Assembly (NCBI GenBank): GCA_964486025.1
Contig: CAZAKL010000002.1
Span: 2,312 to 66,311 of the forward strand
Direction: 5' to 3'
From: an uncultured archaeon
GTDB taxonomy: Archaea; Iainarchaeota; Iainarchaeia; JAADDC01
DNA length: 64,000 nucleotides
Shown here: piece after piece, positions 46,893 through 57,841 of the stretch
Layout: each line of letters begins with the position of its first letter
Position numbering within the stretch: position 1 is the first letter of the stretch
Notes under the pieces: model-generated
Database searches by the model: none
What the model was told of the DNA's origin: nothing
What the model saw: the letters and a program-made list of their open reading frames with translations, nothing else
Program-made: the position numbers and the translations under genes

Positions 46893-48431
46893 TTACTCCC
46901 TCCTGCCTACTGTGTACCTGATTATCTCTGCGAATGCCGGACGGGTTATGGTTATGCCCACGAGGATTCCCACTATCGTTGTGAGGGCGAATCCCGTGAG
47001 TGCCGGTATGTTGGAGAAGAACACCGGTATCATGGAGAACCCCAGTGCCCCTGCCGTTGCGAAGACGATGAAGAACGCATTGCGTATTCTCTTCAGTATG
47101 CCGCGCTCCTTCTTGCTCTCCTCTCCGGTCTTTCCGTGCAGAATCTCATCGGTTATGACTATCTGGTCGTCCACGCCGGTACCTGTTGATGCTATCATGC
47201 CAATCATTGACGCCACGTCTATCTTCCAGTTTATGAGCGCCGCGAAGCCAAATATCAGCAGTATCTCGGAGAAAATCGTCAGTATAATGGGTCCCGAAAT
47301 CTTCCAGACACGGTAGCGCCAGGCGATGTATAGAGACACGGCAATCATTGACGCAAACATCGCTGCGAGGAACGTCCAGAACGCGTACTGCCCGTATGTT
47401 GACGGGACACTCTGCTCGGACTCGAGGCGTATGCCTGCAGGCAGAGCACCTGAGCGCAGGATTATGGACAGTTCCTCAACTCTCTGCTCTGCCTCTTTCC
47501 TGTTCTTTGCCCAGCCGGTTATGAGAAGCGTGTTCGTTGCGTGCTCCGGGTCCGTGTTGGTGACGCTCGGCGTGAGCCGGACGATGGAGCGGAGGTTCGT
47601 CGCCCTCCATACCCAGGACATGCCCTCCTCAGGTGGAACGACGCGGTAGGGTATGTTGTGCTCCTCCAGGAAGGGGATAAAGCGGTTGTCCTCCGGGTGG
47701 AGTATGACGAGGGGTGCGTTGAGCTCGAGTATATTATCTATGTCGAAGTTCTCGTCCGTTACGAACGCACGGACCCCGGCATTTGTTATGAACTCGCTGA
47801 GGGGAATGTCCCTCTCGGGAGCGTCAAGCGCGGGGAGCGATGAGAGCATGTTTTCCTCTTCGGCCACATCTGGCGGTATGAGGAGGATTGCGTTGACAGG
47901 GCGGTCAATGTACATGAACGTATATTTGCAGTTGCCTGCAGCGTCGCACTTGCCGTGGACACCCGTGTAAAAGTCTTTCACGCCCTCTGGGGAGAGAACG
48001 AATGGCAGCTGCCATTTATAGCCCTGTGTGAGCGGTGTGTATGTGGCAGGCTTGACTGCGACTATTTCGTCTCCGGTGAGAACGACGTTTCCATCAACCA
48101 CCGTTTCGAACTTTCCCTGACGGAGGATTGACTCCTTCATGTATTCGATTTCCCTCGGGTCAGAGGTGGACAGCTCGACAAAGACGTACTGGTCTCCCCA
48201 GCCCCGTACGTCAACGCTCGCAAGGCCGGTCCAGTTCACACGCTGAGATATTATCTGCACGGCCTGCTGCATCTCGTCAGGGGTGAGCGGGCGGTCGAAG
48301 CGGAATATGAGGACAGTTCCGCCGCTGAAGTCCACACCGAGCTGGATGCCCTTCACTGCTATGATTACGACTGAGAGTAGGAGTGCGCCTATGAGTACCC
48401 TTACCTTCCAGTTCTTAAGCAGAGGATGCAT
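46893..48431 (-). CDS. secD: protein-export membrane protein SecD
   Basis: 512 aa. Periplasmic domain plus a C-terminal 6-TM bundle. Confidence 0.85.
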   Translation of the reverse strand: MHPLLKNWKVRVLIGALLLSVVIIAVKGIQLGVDFSGGTVLIFRFDRPLTPDEMQQAVQIISQRVNWTGLASVDVRGWGDQYVFVELSTSDPREIEYMKESILRQGKFETVVDGNVVLTGDEIVAVKPATYTPLTQGYKWQLPFVLSPEGVKDFYTGVHGKCDAAGNCKYTFMYIDRPVNAILLIPPDVAEEENMLSSLPALDAPERDIPLSEFITNAGVRAFVTDENFDIDNILELNAPLVILHPEDNRFIPFLEEHNIPYRVVPPEEGMSWVWRATNLRSIVRLTPSVTNTDPEHATNTLLITGWAKNRKEAEQRVEELSIILRSGALPAGIRLESEQSVPSTYGQYAFWTFLAAMFASMIAVSLYIAWRYRVWKISGPIILTIFSEILLIFGFAALINWKIDVASMIGMIASTGTGVDDQIVITDEILHGKTGEESKKERGILKRIRNAFFIVFATAGALGFSMIPVFFSNIPALTGFALTTIVGILVGITITRPAFAEIIRYTVGRRE

Positions 48432-49518
48432 GCTTTCTCACCCACGCTATCATTACAGGAGCGTTGAAGAGCCATGTTATGATTACGTCCGACAGAACAC
48501 CGAATATCATAACGGAACCGACGCGTATGACGTCGGGGTTTCTCGTGAGGTATCCCACGCCGAGGATGAATAGCATTGAGACAAGGGTCGTTCCGCTCAT
48601 GTGGAGGCCCGTGTCTGCTGCACGCCCCGCGCGCTCGTACTCGTCACCCTCTTCCTTGCCTCGCTTGAGCAGGTGTGTCGAAAGGACAATGTCCGTGTCT
48701 ATGGAGTATCCGACCATCATGAGGAGAATCGTCATTGTCTGGAGCGTGAGGGGGACGTGGAAGAGTGCCATGAGCGCCAGCATGCCAAGCGCGTCGAAGA
48801 CTGCGGAACCGAGCATAATGATGGTCGGTGTGGCGTCGGCAGATGCCGTCATGAGGAGTAGTGTGTCGAGGAGGATGAGCGCGAGCGCTATGGCTGGCTG
48901 TCCCATGCCGCGACCGACGGCCGCCGCTATAATTATGTCAAGGAATATAACGCCGAAGACCTTCGCGAGCGAGAGCCTGCGGCGGAAAGCAACAAGGACG
49001 ACCATCTTGAGGAGCACGACTGCCCAGAGGAGCATGTTAAGGGCTAGGCCCCAGAATGTGCTGCCCAGTGTCGGGGCAACGTCGCGCACGACCATGTCTG
49101 ACGCGTCGGGCACCTCTTCCTTTATTATCTGGACAATCTTCCTCTTGAACTCCTCTGTCATGTTTGTGGCGTTTACGTCACCGGCGCTCAGGACCGCGGT
49201 GCCTGGAATGTTCGCCTCGCTGGCCACGCCTTCTGGATACACCGCCTCGACGAAGCCACCGTACCTGCCCGTTCCGGGTATGACCGTGGGGGTTACGCTC
49301 ACGTCGGAGACCCCGAGCTCGCTCCGTATGCGCTCCGCTATCTTGTCTGCGGGAACTGGCTGAGAAGATGAGAATGATACCATTACACCGCCGCGAAAGT
49401 CGATACCGTATGAAATCCCCGGATAAACGAACGCGAGGTACGCGAAGACGGCAAATGCAATGATGGGTATTATCAATATTTTCGTGCCATACTTCCTATA
49501 AGTCCCCGTCAGATTCAT
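48415..49518 (-). CDS. secF: protein-export membrane protein SecF
   Basis: 367 aa, upstream of and overlapping secD (archaeal secF-secD order). GIDFRGG motif. Confidence 0.85.
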   Translation of the reverse strand: MNLTGTYRKYGTKILIIPIIAFAVFAYLAFVYPGISYGIDFRGGVMVSFSSSQPVPADKIAERIRSELGVSDVSVTPTVIPGTGRYGGFVEAVYPEGVASEANIPGTAVLSAGDVNATNMTEEFKRKIVQIIKEEVPDASDMVVRDVAPTLGSTFWGLALNMLLWAVVLLKMVVLVAFRRRLSLAKVFGVIFLDIIIAAAVGRGMGQPAIALALILLDTLLLMTASADATPTIIMLGSAVFDALGMLALMALFHVPLTLQTMTILLMMVGYSIDTDIVLSTHLLKRGKEEGDEYERAGRAADTGLHMSGTTLVSMLFILGVGYLTRNPDVIRVGSVMIFGVLSDVIITWLFNAPVMIAWVRKHASSA

Positions 49519-49529
49519 GCTAACACCCG

Positions 49530-49763
49530 GTGATTGCGATGGATTGGCTCTTGATAGGACTCCTGCTAATAGTATTGGGAATGCTTTTTATTGCTATAGG
49601 TATTCTCCATGCAGCCGCTTCCGATGCCCATGTTGAGGGTGCGGCGGTTTTATTTATAGGTCCTATCCCCATAGTGTTGGGTACGAGCCGACGCGCAGTT
49701 ATGGCAGCGCTTCTAATGGCTGTAACAATGCTGATACTGGTGATTTTATGGTTAAGACCGTAG
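49530..49763 (+). CDS. small hydrophobic protein (77 aa)
   Basis: Two TM segments. Overlaps the nog1 start. Confidence 0.35.
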   Translation: MIAMDWLLIGLLLIVLGMLFIAIGILHAAASDAHVEGAAVLFIGPIPIVLGTSRRAVMAALLMAVTMLILVILWLRP

Positions 49764-50719
49764 ATGCGATTTACGGAACGGTGGTGCGGAAGACGAACAA
49801 GTATATGGGGACGGTGAAGCTTCCCGGGCCCTTCTCTGTCGATAAGGCGAGGAAACTGGAGCATATTCGCATAAAGACGTATGATAGATACTTTGCAGAG
49901 GAACTCCGCTCCATTCCAAAGCGTTTCCCCGATTTGAATCGCCTCAACGAGTTTCAGAGGGCGCTTCTTGAAGCGTATGCTCCCATAGATAGAATACGCG
50001 AGGAAATCGGCCGCATACGGGCGATAATGAAGATACTTGCATCTATACGCGACGACGCCCTCTTCCGCATAACCCGTGCTCGAAATGTCTCCGAGCTGAA
50101 GAAAATACGGAGAATGTACCTTGGACGTGTCTGGGATGTCCTGCACAAGAACAAGAAGAGCTTTGACTTCCTGCGGAAGCTATATCGGACCATCCGCCGC
50201 TTTCCAAAGGTTGACCCGAGAAAGAAAACGGTTGTTCTCGCCGGTTTTCCCAACGCCGGTAAATCCACCCTTCTCCGCGCGCTTACTGGCTCAGAACCTG
50301 AGATTGCGCCCTATCCCTTCACGACGCAGGACATACGCATAGGCCACTTCGAGCACCGCTGGGAAAAGATACAGGTGATTGACACCCCCGGCCTCCTTGA
50401 CCGCCCGGTGGATGAGATGAATCCCGTGGAGCTGAAGGCCGTGGCCGCACTTCAGCACCTTGCAGATGTCATAGTCTTCCTTTACGACCCCCTCCAGGAT
50501 AGGGATATGCAAAGGGATTTATTAACTAAGGTTAAGCATCTTATTCGGGCACCCGTTATAACCGTGGTGAACAAAGGGGACTTGGTGGAGGACCCCGGCG
50601 CCGTTAGGGAATCGTTTGGCGCCGATATGGTCATTTCCGCGCAGACCGGCGCAGGGGTCGATGAACTGAGGGCAAAAATCCTTGAAAAGTTGGGGTGGTC
50701 TCATGGACGCCGAGATTGA
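49748..50719 (+). CDS. Nog1-family GTPase (Obg-like)
   Basis: NOG1-type N-domain followed by G1 GFPNAGKST, G3 DTPG and G4 NKGD. Confidence 0.85.
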   Translation: MVKTVDAIYGTVVRKTNKYMGTVKLPGPFSVDKARKLEHIRIKTYDRYFAEELRSIPKRFPDLNRLNEFQRALLEAYAPIDRIREEIGRIRAIMKILASIRDDALFRITRARNVSELKKIRRMYLGRVWDVLHKNKKSFDFLRKLYRTIRRFPKVDPRKKTVVLAGFPNAGKSTLLRALTGSEPEIAPYPFTTQDIRIGHFEHRWEKIQVIDTPGLLDRPVDEMNPVELKAVAALQHLADVIVFLYDPLQDRDMQRDLLTKVKHLIRAPVITVVNKGDLVEDPGAVRESFGADMVISAQTGAGVDELRAKILEKLGWSHGRRD

Positions 50720-50966
50720 AGCGATTGTGCAAATTATGGACGATATTATAAATGATACATCTGTCCCGCGGAACATCCGCCGCTCCGTGGCGCAGGCGAA
50801 GGAACTCGTTCTCAAAAAGGAGGGCGACCCTGTTGTCAATATCACCGAGGCGATATACCTGCTCGATGAGGCGAGCAACGACATAAACATGCCCATGCAC
50901 ACCAGAACGCAGGTCTGGCAGATTATGGGCGCTCTGGAGAGTTACAGGGAGAAGATTAAGGGTTAA
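50703..50966 (+). CDS. UPF0147-family small protein
   Basis: 87 aa. Overlaps the nog1 3' end by 17 nt. Confidence 0.65.
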   Translation: MDAEIEAIVQIMDDIINDTSVPRNIRRSVAQAKELVLKKEGDPVVNITEAIYLLDEASNDINMPMHTRTQVWQIMGALESYREKIKG

Positions 50967-51030
50967 TTTTTACATATTCTTTTCCGGTTACAATGCCCCT
51001 TTTTTACTTCAACGTTGCAGCGTATTATAG

Positions 51031-52596
51031 ATGGATGTTACGGCGGGTCAGCGAGACGAAATTCTCAGTTACGTGCTTTCCAAGAAGGTTATAATCACTC
51101 CGGAGGCGCTGGCAGCTCTCTCGACCCGCGCAGACTATAGAGAAATTGTTGATTCCATTGTTTCCCGCGGCGTTTTCGTCATAGATGCCGACCTCGTGCG
51201 TTCCGAGATTCTTGCCCGCGAACCGGGCGAGAAGGTAGAAGAGGAGATTACAGAGGAAAATGAGGCTGCGGAGCAGCAGGAAGAGCGAAAGGAGGTTGTA
51301 GTTGAAAAAACAAGCTTCAAACCCCTTGCAAAGGAGTATGATGGACGAATAAGGGTATTTGACGAGTTCGACGTTACTGGAAAGTCATACTGTGAGGGGA
51401 CCGTTGAAGACTTTGTTCGCTATTTCAGGGACCGCTTTGAGCGGCTGGCAAGCATACTGAAGAGGCGCCCCAGTCTGAACCTGAAGCCCCTCTCCCGCCT
51501 GCCGCGGCTTGCGGGGGAGGAAGTGGATATTCTCGCAATGGTTTACGACATTCGAGAAAGCAGAAAGGGCAACCTTATCGCCACGGTTGAGGATTTGGAT
51601 GATTATGCAACCGTTGTGATTCCCAAGAATGACAAGAAGCTCGCTGCGAAGGCGGAATCGCTACTACCGGATGATGTCGTTGTTCTCCGCGGACGAGTAT
51701 CATCCAACGGAATGCTCATTGTCCATGACATCTTCTGGCCAGACGTTTCTGAGCACACCCCCCACTACGCTGACGTCCCCCTCTCCGTTGCCATAACCTC
51801 CGACTGGCACGTTGGTAGCCGCCTGCACGTGGAGAAAGCAGTAAAGCGCTTTATTGACTGGCTGCACGGACGTGTTGGCAATGAGAAATCCCGTGAGCTT
51901 GCGGGAACGGTGAAGTATATCATAGTAAACGGGGATGTCGTTGACGGTGTCGGCGTGTACCCTCAACAGATAGACGAGCTTGCAATAAAGGATATATACA
52001 AACAGTACGATGCCTTCGCCAAGTACCTTGACGAGATACCCGACTACATAGAGGTCATCATTGGACCGGGCAACCACGATGCTGTTCGTCGTCTCGAGCC
52101 CCAGCCAGCCCTTTCGAAGGATATCGCCGCGCCGCTCTACGAGAGGGACAACGTCACGCTCGTTGGCTCCCCGTCCTACTTCTCCCTTGAGGGTGTGGAG
52201 TTCCTGACGTACCACGGGACATCCATGGATGACACAATATCCAGAATCCCATACCTTGACTACACGGAGCCGCAGGAGGCTTTGAAGGAGTATTTGAAGC
52301 ACCGGGTGCTTGCCATCCAGTACGGGCTGAAGAATCCACTCGTTCCTGAGAAGAGGGACTACATGGTCATAGAGCGCGTTCCCGACGTGCTCACGGCGGG
52401 CCACGTACACAAGAACGGCTATGGACGGTACAAGGATGTGGAGCTTGTCGTTTCCGGCACCTTCCAGGAGCAGACACCCTTCCAGTTGGAGCACGGCCAC
52501 GTTCCGACACCGGGAGTGATTCCCATCATGGATTTAAGCACACACAAGGTCCACGAGATTATAACGTACAGGGGGAACGGCAATGGAAAGGCCTGA
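51031..52596 (+). CDS. dp1: DNA polymerase D small subunit DP1 (calcineurin-like 3'-5' exonuclease)
   Basis: OB domain plus phosphodiesterase motifs (GNHD, GHVH). 521 aa. Confidence 0.9.
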   Translation: MDVTAGQRDEILSYVLSKKVIITPEALAALSTRADYREIVDSIVSRGVFVIDADLVRSEILAREPGEKVEEEITEENEAAEQQEERKEVVVEKTSFKPLAKEYDGRIRVFDEFDVTGKSYCEGTVEDFVRYFRDRFERLASILKRRPSLNLKPLSRLPRLAGEEVDILAMVYDIRESRKGNLIATVEDLDDYATVVIPKNDKKLAAKAESLLPDDVVVLRGRVSSNGMLIVHDIFWPDVSEHTPHYADVPLSVAITSDWHVGSRLHVEKAVKRFIDWLHGRVGNEKSRELAGTVKYIIVNGDVVDGVGVYPQQIDELAIKDIYKQYDAFAKYLDEIPDYIEVIIGPGNHDAVRRLEPQPALSKDIAAPLYERDNVTLVGSPSYFSLEGVEFLTYHGTSMDDTISRIPYLDYTEPQEALKEYLKHRVLAIQYGLKNPLVPEKRDYMVIERVPDVLTAGHVHKNGYGRYKDVELVVSGTFQEQTPFQLEHGHVPTPGVIPIMDLSTHKVHEIITYRGNGNGKA

Positions 52597-55500
52597 CTAC
52601 AGCCACATCCCTATTGGCCGCCCGGAGATAAAGGAGTACTTCGACCGCCTCATAGACAAGGCAATGCGTGAATGGGAGATAGCGGAGCGTGCCCGTGCCC
52701 TTGGACTCGACCCCACGGATGAGGTGGAGGTGAAGCCTGCCGTCCGCATGTCCGAGCGTGCAGAGGCCCTTCTTGGCGTTCCAGGTCTTGCCAAGCGGTA
52801 TGAGGAGCTCGTGGCCGAAATCGGAGACAAGTTCATGACCTCCGTTCGTCTCATGGAGGAAATCGTGGACGGGAAGCTTGGCTCTTTCTCTTCCCTCGAC
52901 GAGCGTTTGGAGTACGCGTTGAAGGCGGCTCTCCTCATATACACTGATGCGGTCGTGGTCGCCCCCATAGAGGGCATTACGGACGTCAAGGTGCTTGAAA
53001 ACGCAGACGGGAGTAGATACATATCGGTCGGCTTCGCGGGACCCATTCGCTCGGCCGGCGGTACCGCTGCTGCCCTCGCCCTTGTTCTTGCAGATTACCT
53101 GCGCCGGAAGGTCGGTCTGGACAGGTGGAAACCCACCGAGAAGGAAAAGGTAAGATGGGTGGAGGAAACATCATTATACTTCCGTGTTTACTCCCGTCAG
53201 TACCGTCCTTCCAAGGGGGAGCTCGAAATAGTCTACGATAATATACCTGTCCGCCCGGACGGTGAGCCAACAGAGGACTTCGAAGTTTCTGCCAACCGCG
53301 ACATGCCCGGGCTGCCGAACCGCGTTCGTGGAGGTCTTGCCATAGCGGTCGGTGAGTCCCTCCTCCTCAAGGCGAAAAAGATAGCGAAGATTGCCAAGAA
53401 GCTCGGTCTGGACTGGGACTGGGTTCTCGAGGCGAAGAAGCACCACAAGGCGGAGGGGGGCGGTTCATCCCTTGCAGTGTATCTCGAAGGTCTCGTGGCG
53501 GGCAGGCCCGTTTTCTCCTATCCCGGACGCTGGGGCGGGTTCCGTGTTCGTTACGGGCGCGCCAGGAACGTAGGCGTCATGGCCTCCGGTGTTCACCCTG
53601 CCACCATGGTACTTACGGGCGAGTTCATAGCGACGGGAACTCAGCTGAAGCGGGAACTTCCCGGAAAGGCGATGGGCGCCGTTCCTGTTGATGGTATAGA
53701 GGGGCCCATCGTCCTCCTTGATAATGGAGACGTAATCAAGGTCGAGGACGTCGAAACGGCGTACAGAATCCGGGACCGCGTGAAAAAGATTCTTTTCCTC
53801 GGAGACGCACTCATTGCGTACGGTGACTTCCGCAAGGCAGGGGAAAAGCTCGTTCCCTCTGGCTACGTCGAGGAGTGGTGGGCCCGCGAGCTTGAGCGGA
53901 AGATAGAAAACGGCGAGGCACCTCAGGAGTTCAGGAAGTACGTGGATAATCCATTCAACGTCGGCCCCTACGAGGCCGTTAAGATTTCACAGAAGGCGGG
54001 CGTGCCATTGCACCCCAAGTACATTCATTACTATCGCATCCTGTCGGAGGAAGACGCAGAAAGGATTATATCCGCTGTGAAGCGGGCGGAGGTGCAAAGG
54101 AGCGACGGCAAGATTGTTGAGGCGCACCTTGAGCCGTCCGTAAAAGAGCTCTTGGAAAACTGTGGTGTCCCCCACATATTCAGGGATGGAAGGATTGTCC
54201 TCACAGAGCCATACGTTTATCCCTTCCTTCTCACCTTTGGCTTCTTCAACCCCTCTGCCCTTCAGGACTTTGAACGCGCGGAGGGCGATGTTCTGGCAAA
54301 ACTTTCCAGGATATCCGGCGTTGAGATACGTGACAAGGCGGGGACGTTTATAGGTGTGCGTATGGCCCGCCCTGAGGCCGCAAAACCGCGTAAGATGAGC
54401 CCTCCGCCCCACGGCCTGTTCCCCGTCGGCAATGCAGGTGGCTCCCAGCGTCTCATAAACAAGGCTGCCCACGAGATGCCGGAGGTGGAGGTTGCAGCGT
54501 ACTACTGCCCGCGCTGTGATAGGTTCGTTCCATACAGACGCTGTCCATTCTGCGGGGAAAGGACGGTGCAGAAGAGATGGTGCCCCAAGTGTGGGCGGGT
54601 GGCGGAGGCGGACGAGGACATCTGCAGGAACTGCGGTGCGAAGACAAAGCCGTACATGCTGATGAAGTTTCCAGTGGGGGATTTGCTCAGGGCAGCCATG
54701 GAGAACATTGGCATGCCGCGCCCCCCCGAGACAATAAAGGGAGTCATAGGCATCACGAACCCCACGCGCACGCCCGAGCGGCTTGAGAAGGCGCTTCTCC
54801 GTGCGAAGCATGACGTTTACGTGTTCAAGGATGGAACAATCCGTGTTGACCTGTCCAACCTTCCGCTCACGCACTTCCGCCCCTTTGAGATAGGCGTATC
54901 TGTCAAGAAGCTGAGGGAGCTCGGGTACACGAAGGATATATATGGAAACCCCCTCGAGCGGGATGACCAGATTGTTGAGCTATTCCCCTCCGACGTTATC
55001 ATCTCGGATAAGGTGGCAGACTATCTGGTCCGCGCCTGCCAGTTTGTGGATGACCTTCTCGTTAGCTTCTACCACCTGCCGCCGTACTACAACGTCAGGA
55101 AAAAGGAGGACCTTGCAGGCGTTCTCGTCATAGGCCTTGCTCCGCACACATCTGCAGGCATTCTCGGGCGGATAATTGGGTTTACGCGGGCGCACGCGCA
55201 GTACTGCCACCCATACTACATGCTTGCAAGGAGGAGAAACGCGGACGGTGATGAGGACGCGTACATACTTCTTCTTGATGCGCTCCTCAACTTCTCCGTG
55301 GAGTATCTGCCCGAAAAGCGCGGTGGAAAGATGGACGCACCCCTTGTCGTCACGGTTATCCTCAACCCCGCGGAGGTGGACGACGAGGTATTCGAGATGG
55401 AGTATGACGCAAGGTATCCCCTGGAGTTCTACGAGGCCACGTTACAGAGGAAGGATGCGGGGGAGGTGGACCTCCCCATTGTGGACAAGATTGTTGGCAC

Positions 55501-55990
55501 GCCCGAGCAGTTCCGTGAGTTTGTTTTCTCCCACCATACGAGCCGCTTCGATGCAGGTCCCGAGCACACAGCGTACTCGCGTCTGAATAACATGATTGAG
55601 AAGATAGAGACGCAGTTAGAGGTGCAGAGTAAAATAGCGGCAGTGGATAACGCCGACGCTGCCGAGAGAGTCCTCGTTTATCACTTCCTCAAGGACATCA
55701 TGGGGAACGCCCGCGCATTTGGCCGCCAGGAGTTCCGCTGCGTTAAGTGCAATGCAAAGTACAGGCGTGTCCCGCTCCGCGGTGTATGCAGGAAATGTGG
55801 TGGCCGCCTCGTCCTCACAGTTTCACGCGGTAGCGTTGAGAAGTATCTTGAGGTTTCCAAGCACGTGGTGGAGCGTTACGGTCTGACGGATTACACGAAG
55901 CAGCGTTTACTCATCTTGGAGAAGGAAATAAAGTCTGTCTTTGAGAGTGAGGGCAAGGAACAGAAGACGCTGGCTGATTTCTGGGCATGA
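52583..55990 (+). CDS. dp2: DNA polymerase D large catalytic subunit DP2
   Basis: 1135 aa with colinear DP2 features and C-terminal Zn fingers. Size is consistent with no intein. Confidence 0.95.
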   Translation: MERPDYSHIPIGRPEIKEYFDRLIDKAMREWEIAERARALGLDPTDEVEVKPAVRMSERAEALLGVPGLAKRYEELVAEIGDKFMTSVRLMEEIVDGKLGSFSSLDERLEYALKAALLIYTDAVVVAPIEGITDVKVLENADGSRYISVGFAGPIRSAGGTAAALALVLADYLRRKVGLDRWKPTEKEKVRWVEETSLYFRVYSRQYRPSKGELEIVYDNIPVRPDGEPTEDFEVSANRDMPGLPNRVRGGLAIAVGESLLLKAKKIAKIAKKLGLDWDWVLEAKKHHKAEGGGSSLAVYLEGLVAGRPVFSYPGRWGGFRVRYGRARNVGVMASGVHPATMVLTGEFIATGTQLKRELPGKAMGAVPVDGIEGPIVLLDNGDVIKVEDVETAYRIRDRVKKILFLGDALIAYGDFRKAGEKLVPSGYVEEWWARELERKIENGEAPQEFRKYVDNPFNVGPYEAVKISQKAGVPLHPKYIHYYRILSEEDAERIISAVKRAEVQRSDGKIVEAHLEPSVKELLENCGVPHIFRDGRIVLTEPYVYPFLLTFGFFNPSALQDFERAEGDVLAKLSRISGVEIRDKAGTFIGVRMARPEAAKPRKMSPPPHGLFPVGNAGGSQRLINKAAHEMPEVEVAAYYCPRCDRFVPYRRCPFCGERTVQKRWCPKCGRVAEADEDICRNCGAKTKPYMLMKFPVGDLLRAAMENIGMPRPPETIKGVIGITNPTRTPERLEKALLRAKHDVYVFKDGTIRVDLSNLPLTHFRPFEIGVSVKKLRELGYTKDIYGNPLERDDQIVELFPSDVIISDKVADYLVRACQFVDDLLVSFYHLPPYYNVRKKEDLAGVLVIGLAPHTSAGILGRIIGFTRAHAQYCHPYYMLARRRNADGDEDAYILLLDALLNFSVEYLPEKRGGKMDAPLVVTVILNPAEVDDEVFEMEYDARYPLEFYEATLQRKDAGEVDLPIVDKIVGTPEQFREFVFSHHTSRFDAGPEHTAYSRLNNMIEKIETQLEVQSKIAAVDNADAAERVLVYHFLKDIMGNARAFGRQEFRCVKCNAKYRRVPLRGVCRKCGGRLVLTVSRGSVEKYLEVSKHVVERYGLTDYTKQRLLILEKEIKSVFESEGKEQKTLADFWA

Positions 55991-56049
55991 TTCTCGGCAA
56001 TCGTCGGCGAGCGTAACCCCTTATTAAATTCATTTCTCCTTATTCTGCC

Positions 56050-57057
56050 GTGAATCAGAGAGAGATAGACCTTCCTGCCCGCATCGTTACGCGCCCCGGT
56101 ATCGTATCCGAGCTGAATGACTATTTGCTTTCCCTCGGCTTTGAGCAGCCCCTTTACGTGGTTAACCATTTTACAAGGGAGCAGTTTCTTCCAGAGGGCG
56201 CGGAGTACTTCGATGCTGTTGAGGCTACAATGCAATACGCGGAGGCAGCCGTTAGGGCGTCAGAGGGACATGACGTCGTTGTGGGGCTCGGTGGCGGGAA
56301 GAACATAGACATTGCCAAGTTTGTGGGCTGGAGGAGGAACATCCCCGTCGTGTCTGTTCCCACCATTCCCTCGCACGATGGCATCGCGTCCCCCATGATT
56401 TCCCTTTCTGACTCGGGCAAACCGTATTCCCAGTACTTCCGGCCGCCCCACTACGTGCTTATAGACCCAGATGTTCTCGTCAACGCTCCCGACGTGTTTG
56501 TTCAGTCGGGTTTTGGGGACGTTATAGGGAAGTACACATCTGTTTACGACTGGTGGCTGGCGCACGTGGACGTGGGTGAGTATTTCGGGGATTACTCCGC
56601 CTCTCTCGCCCGCCTCACTTTCAAGCACGTCGTTAGATTCAGACGGGCCATTGCGCGGAAAACGTACGAGGGTATAAATGTCCTCATGGAGGCGCTGGTA
56701 ACGAACGGCATAGTTATGGGTATTCAGCACTCGTCACGTCCCGCCTCTGGCTCGGAGCACCTTATATCCCATGCTCTCGACTATTTGCGCGGGCGCAAGG
56801 GTCCCCACGGCCTTCAGGTCGGTGTGGGCACCATCATTGCCGCGTACTTTCAGGGCAGGGACTGGGAGAGGATAAGGAAGTATTTGGAGGATATCGGTGC
56901 GCCGACGACTGCCGAAGCCCTTGGAATTCCGGAGGAGATGATGATAAGGGCTGTCGCCATTGCCCGGACGTTGAGGGACAGATATACCATTCTTCACCGT
57001 CTCAAGGTGGATGAGAAAATGGCAGAGAACGCTCTTCGCGCTACAGGGGTGATTTGA
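56050..57057 (+). CDS. egsA: glycerol-1-phosphate dehydrogenase [NAD(P)+]
   Basis: DHQS-like fold with GLGGGKNIDIAK and the G1PDH signature. Confidence 0.85.
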   Translation: MNQREIDLPARIVTRPGIVSELNDYLLSLGFEQPLYVVNHFTREQFLPEGAEYFDAVEATMQYAEAAVRASEGHDVVVGLGGGKNIDIAKFVGWRRNIPVVSVPTIPSHDGIASPMISLSDSGKPYSQYFRPPHYVLIDPDVLVNAPDVFVQSGFGDVIGKYTSVYDWWLAHVDVGEYFGDYSASLARLTFKHVVRFRRAIARKTYEGINVLMEALVTNGIVMGIQHSSRPASGSEHLISHALDYLRGRKGPHGLQVGVGTIIAAYFQGRDWERIRKYLEDIGAPTTAEALGIPEEMMIRAVAIARTLRDRYTILHRLKVDEKMAENALRATGVI

Positions 57058-57821
57058 TGGGCGTTTACGAGGATTTGAGGAAGAAGATGGAAAAAGAGGC
57101 ACTTCATTTTTCCCTTATAGACCCGGATGAAATCGGATACGAGAACGCTGCCCGTTTCGCCGCCGCCGCAGAGGATGCGGGGACGGACGCAATCCTCGTT
57201 GGCGGAACGGTCGGTGTGCAGGGGGAACTCCTCGACGAGACCGTTAAGGACATACATAGCGCGGTGAAAATACCTGTTATTCTTTTCCCCGGGGATATTT
57301 CTGGCATATCCCCCTTCGCTGATGCCATTCTTTACCTCTCCCTCCTTAACTCGAGAAATCCTTACTATATCTCCGGGGTTCAGGCCCTCTCTGCCCCCAT
57401 AATAAGGCGCTGGGGGCTGGAGGTCATCCCCACGGCGTACCTCATAACTGAGCCGGGGGGAGAGACTGCTGCAGGGTGGGTTGGCGATGCACGTCCGCTC
57501 CCCGTCCGAAAGCCGTCCATCACGTACGCCTATGCCCTCTCCGCCCGCTTTATAGGCTACAGGTTCGTTTACCTCGAGGCCGGCTCGGGTGCGGCGTACC
57601 CCGTGGATGACCGCCTAATCATGGCTGCGAGGAAGGCACTTGACAGGGAGTTGCCGCTCATTGTGGGTGGAGGGATTAGAGACCCGGAGACTGCGGCCCG
57701 GAAGGTGCGGGCAGGTGCGGACGTTATAGTTACCGGCACCGCTCTCGAGAATACGGGGGATGTCGAGCGAACAGTGCGGTCATTCGTCGAGGCAATAAAA
57801 GCAGAGGAACGTGTTTTCTAA
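57057..57821 (+). CDS. geranylgeranylglyceryl phosphate synthase (GGGPS, PcrB family)
   Basis: TIM-barrel GGGPS motifs. Start overlaps the egsA stop (TGATG). Confidence 0.85.
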   Translation: MGVYEDLRKKMEKEALHFSLIDPDEIGYENAARFAAAAEDAGTDAILVGGTVGVQGELLDETVKDIHSAVKIPVILFPGDISGISPFADAILYLSLLNSRNPYYISGVQALSAPIIRRWGLEVIPTAYLITEPGGETAAGWVGDARPLPVRKPSITYAYALSARFIGYRFVYLEAGSGAAYPVDDRLIMAARKALDRELPLIVGGGIRDPETAARKVRAGADVIVTGTALENTGDVERTVRSFVEAIKAEERVF

Positions 57822-57841
57822 ACGTTTTTCCATATTATTTT

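Noticed and set aside
52597-54874. Several 60-295 aa minus-strand ORFs inside the PolD DP2 gene
   Set aside because: They are antisense to a highly conserved 1135-aa CDS, and their compositions (Arg/Ser/Pro-rich) are typical of spurious GC-rich frames.
52583-55990. Possible intein in PolD DP2, and also in Lhr
   Set aside because: Protein lengths (1135 and 914 aa) and uninterrupted motif spacing are consistent with intein-free forms. No Hint or homing-endonuclease blocks were noticed.
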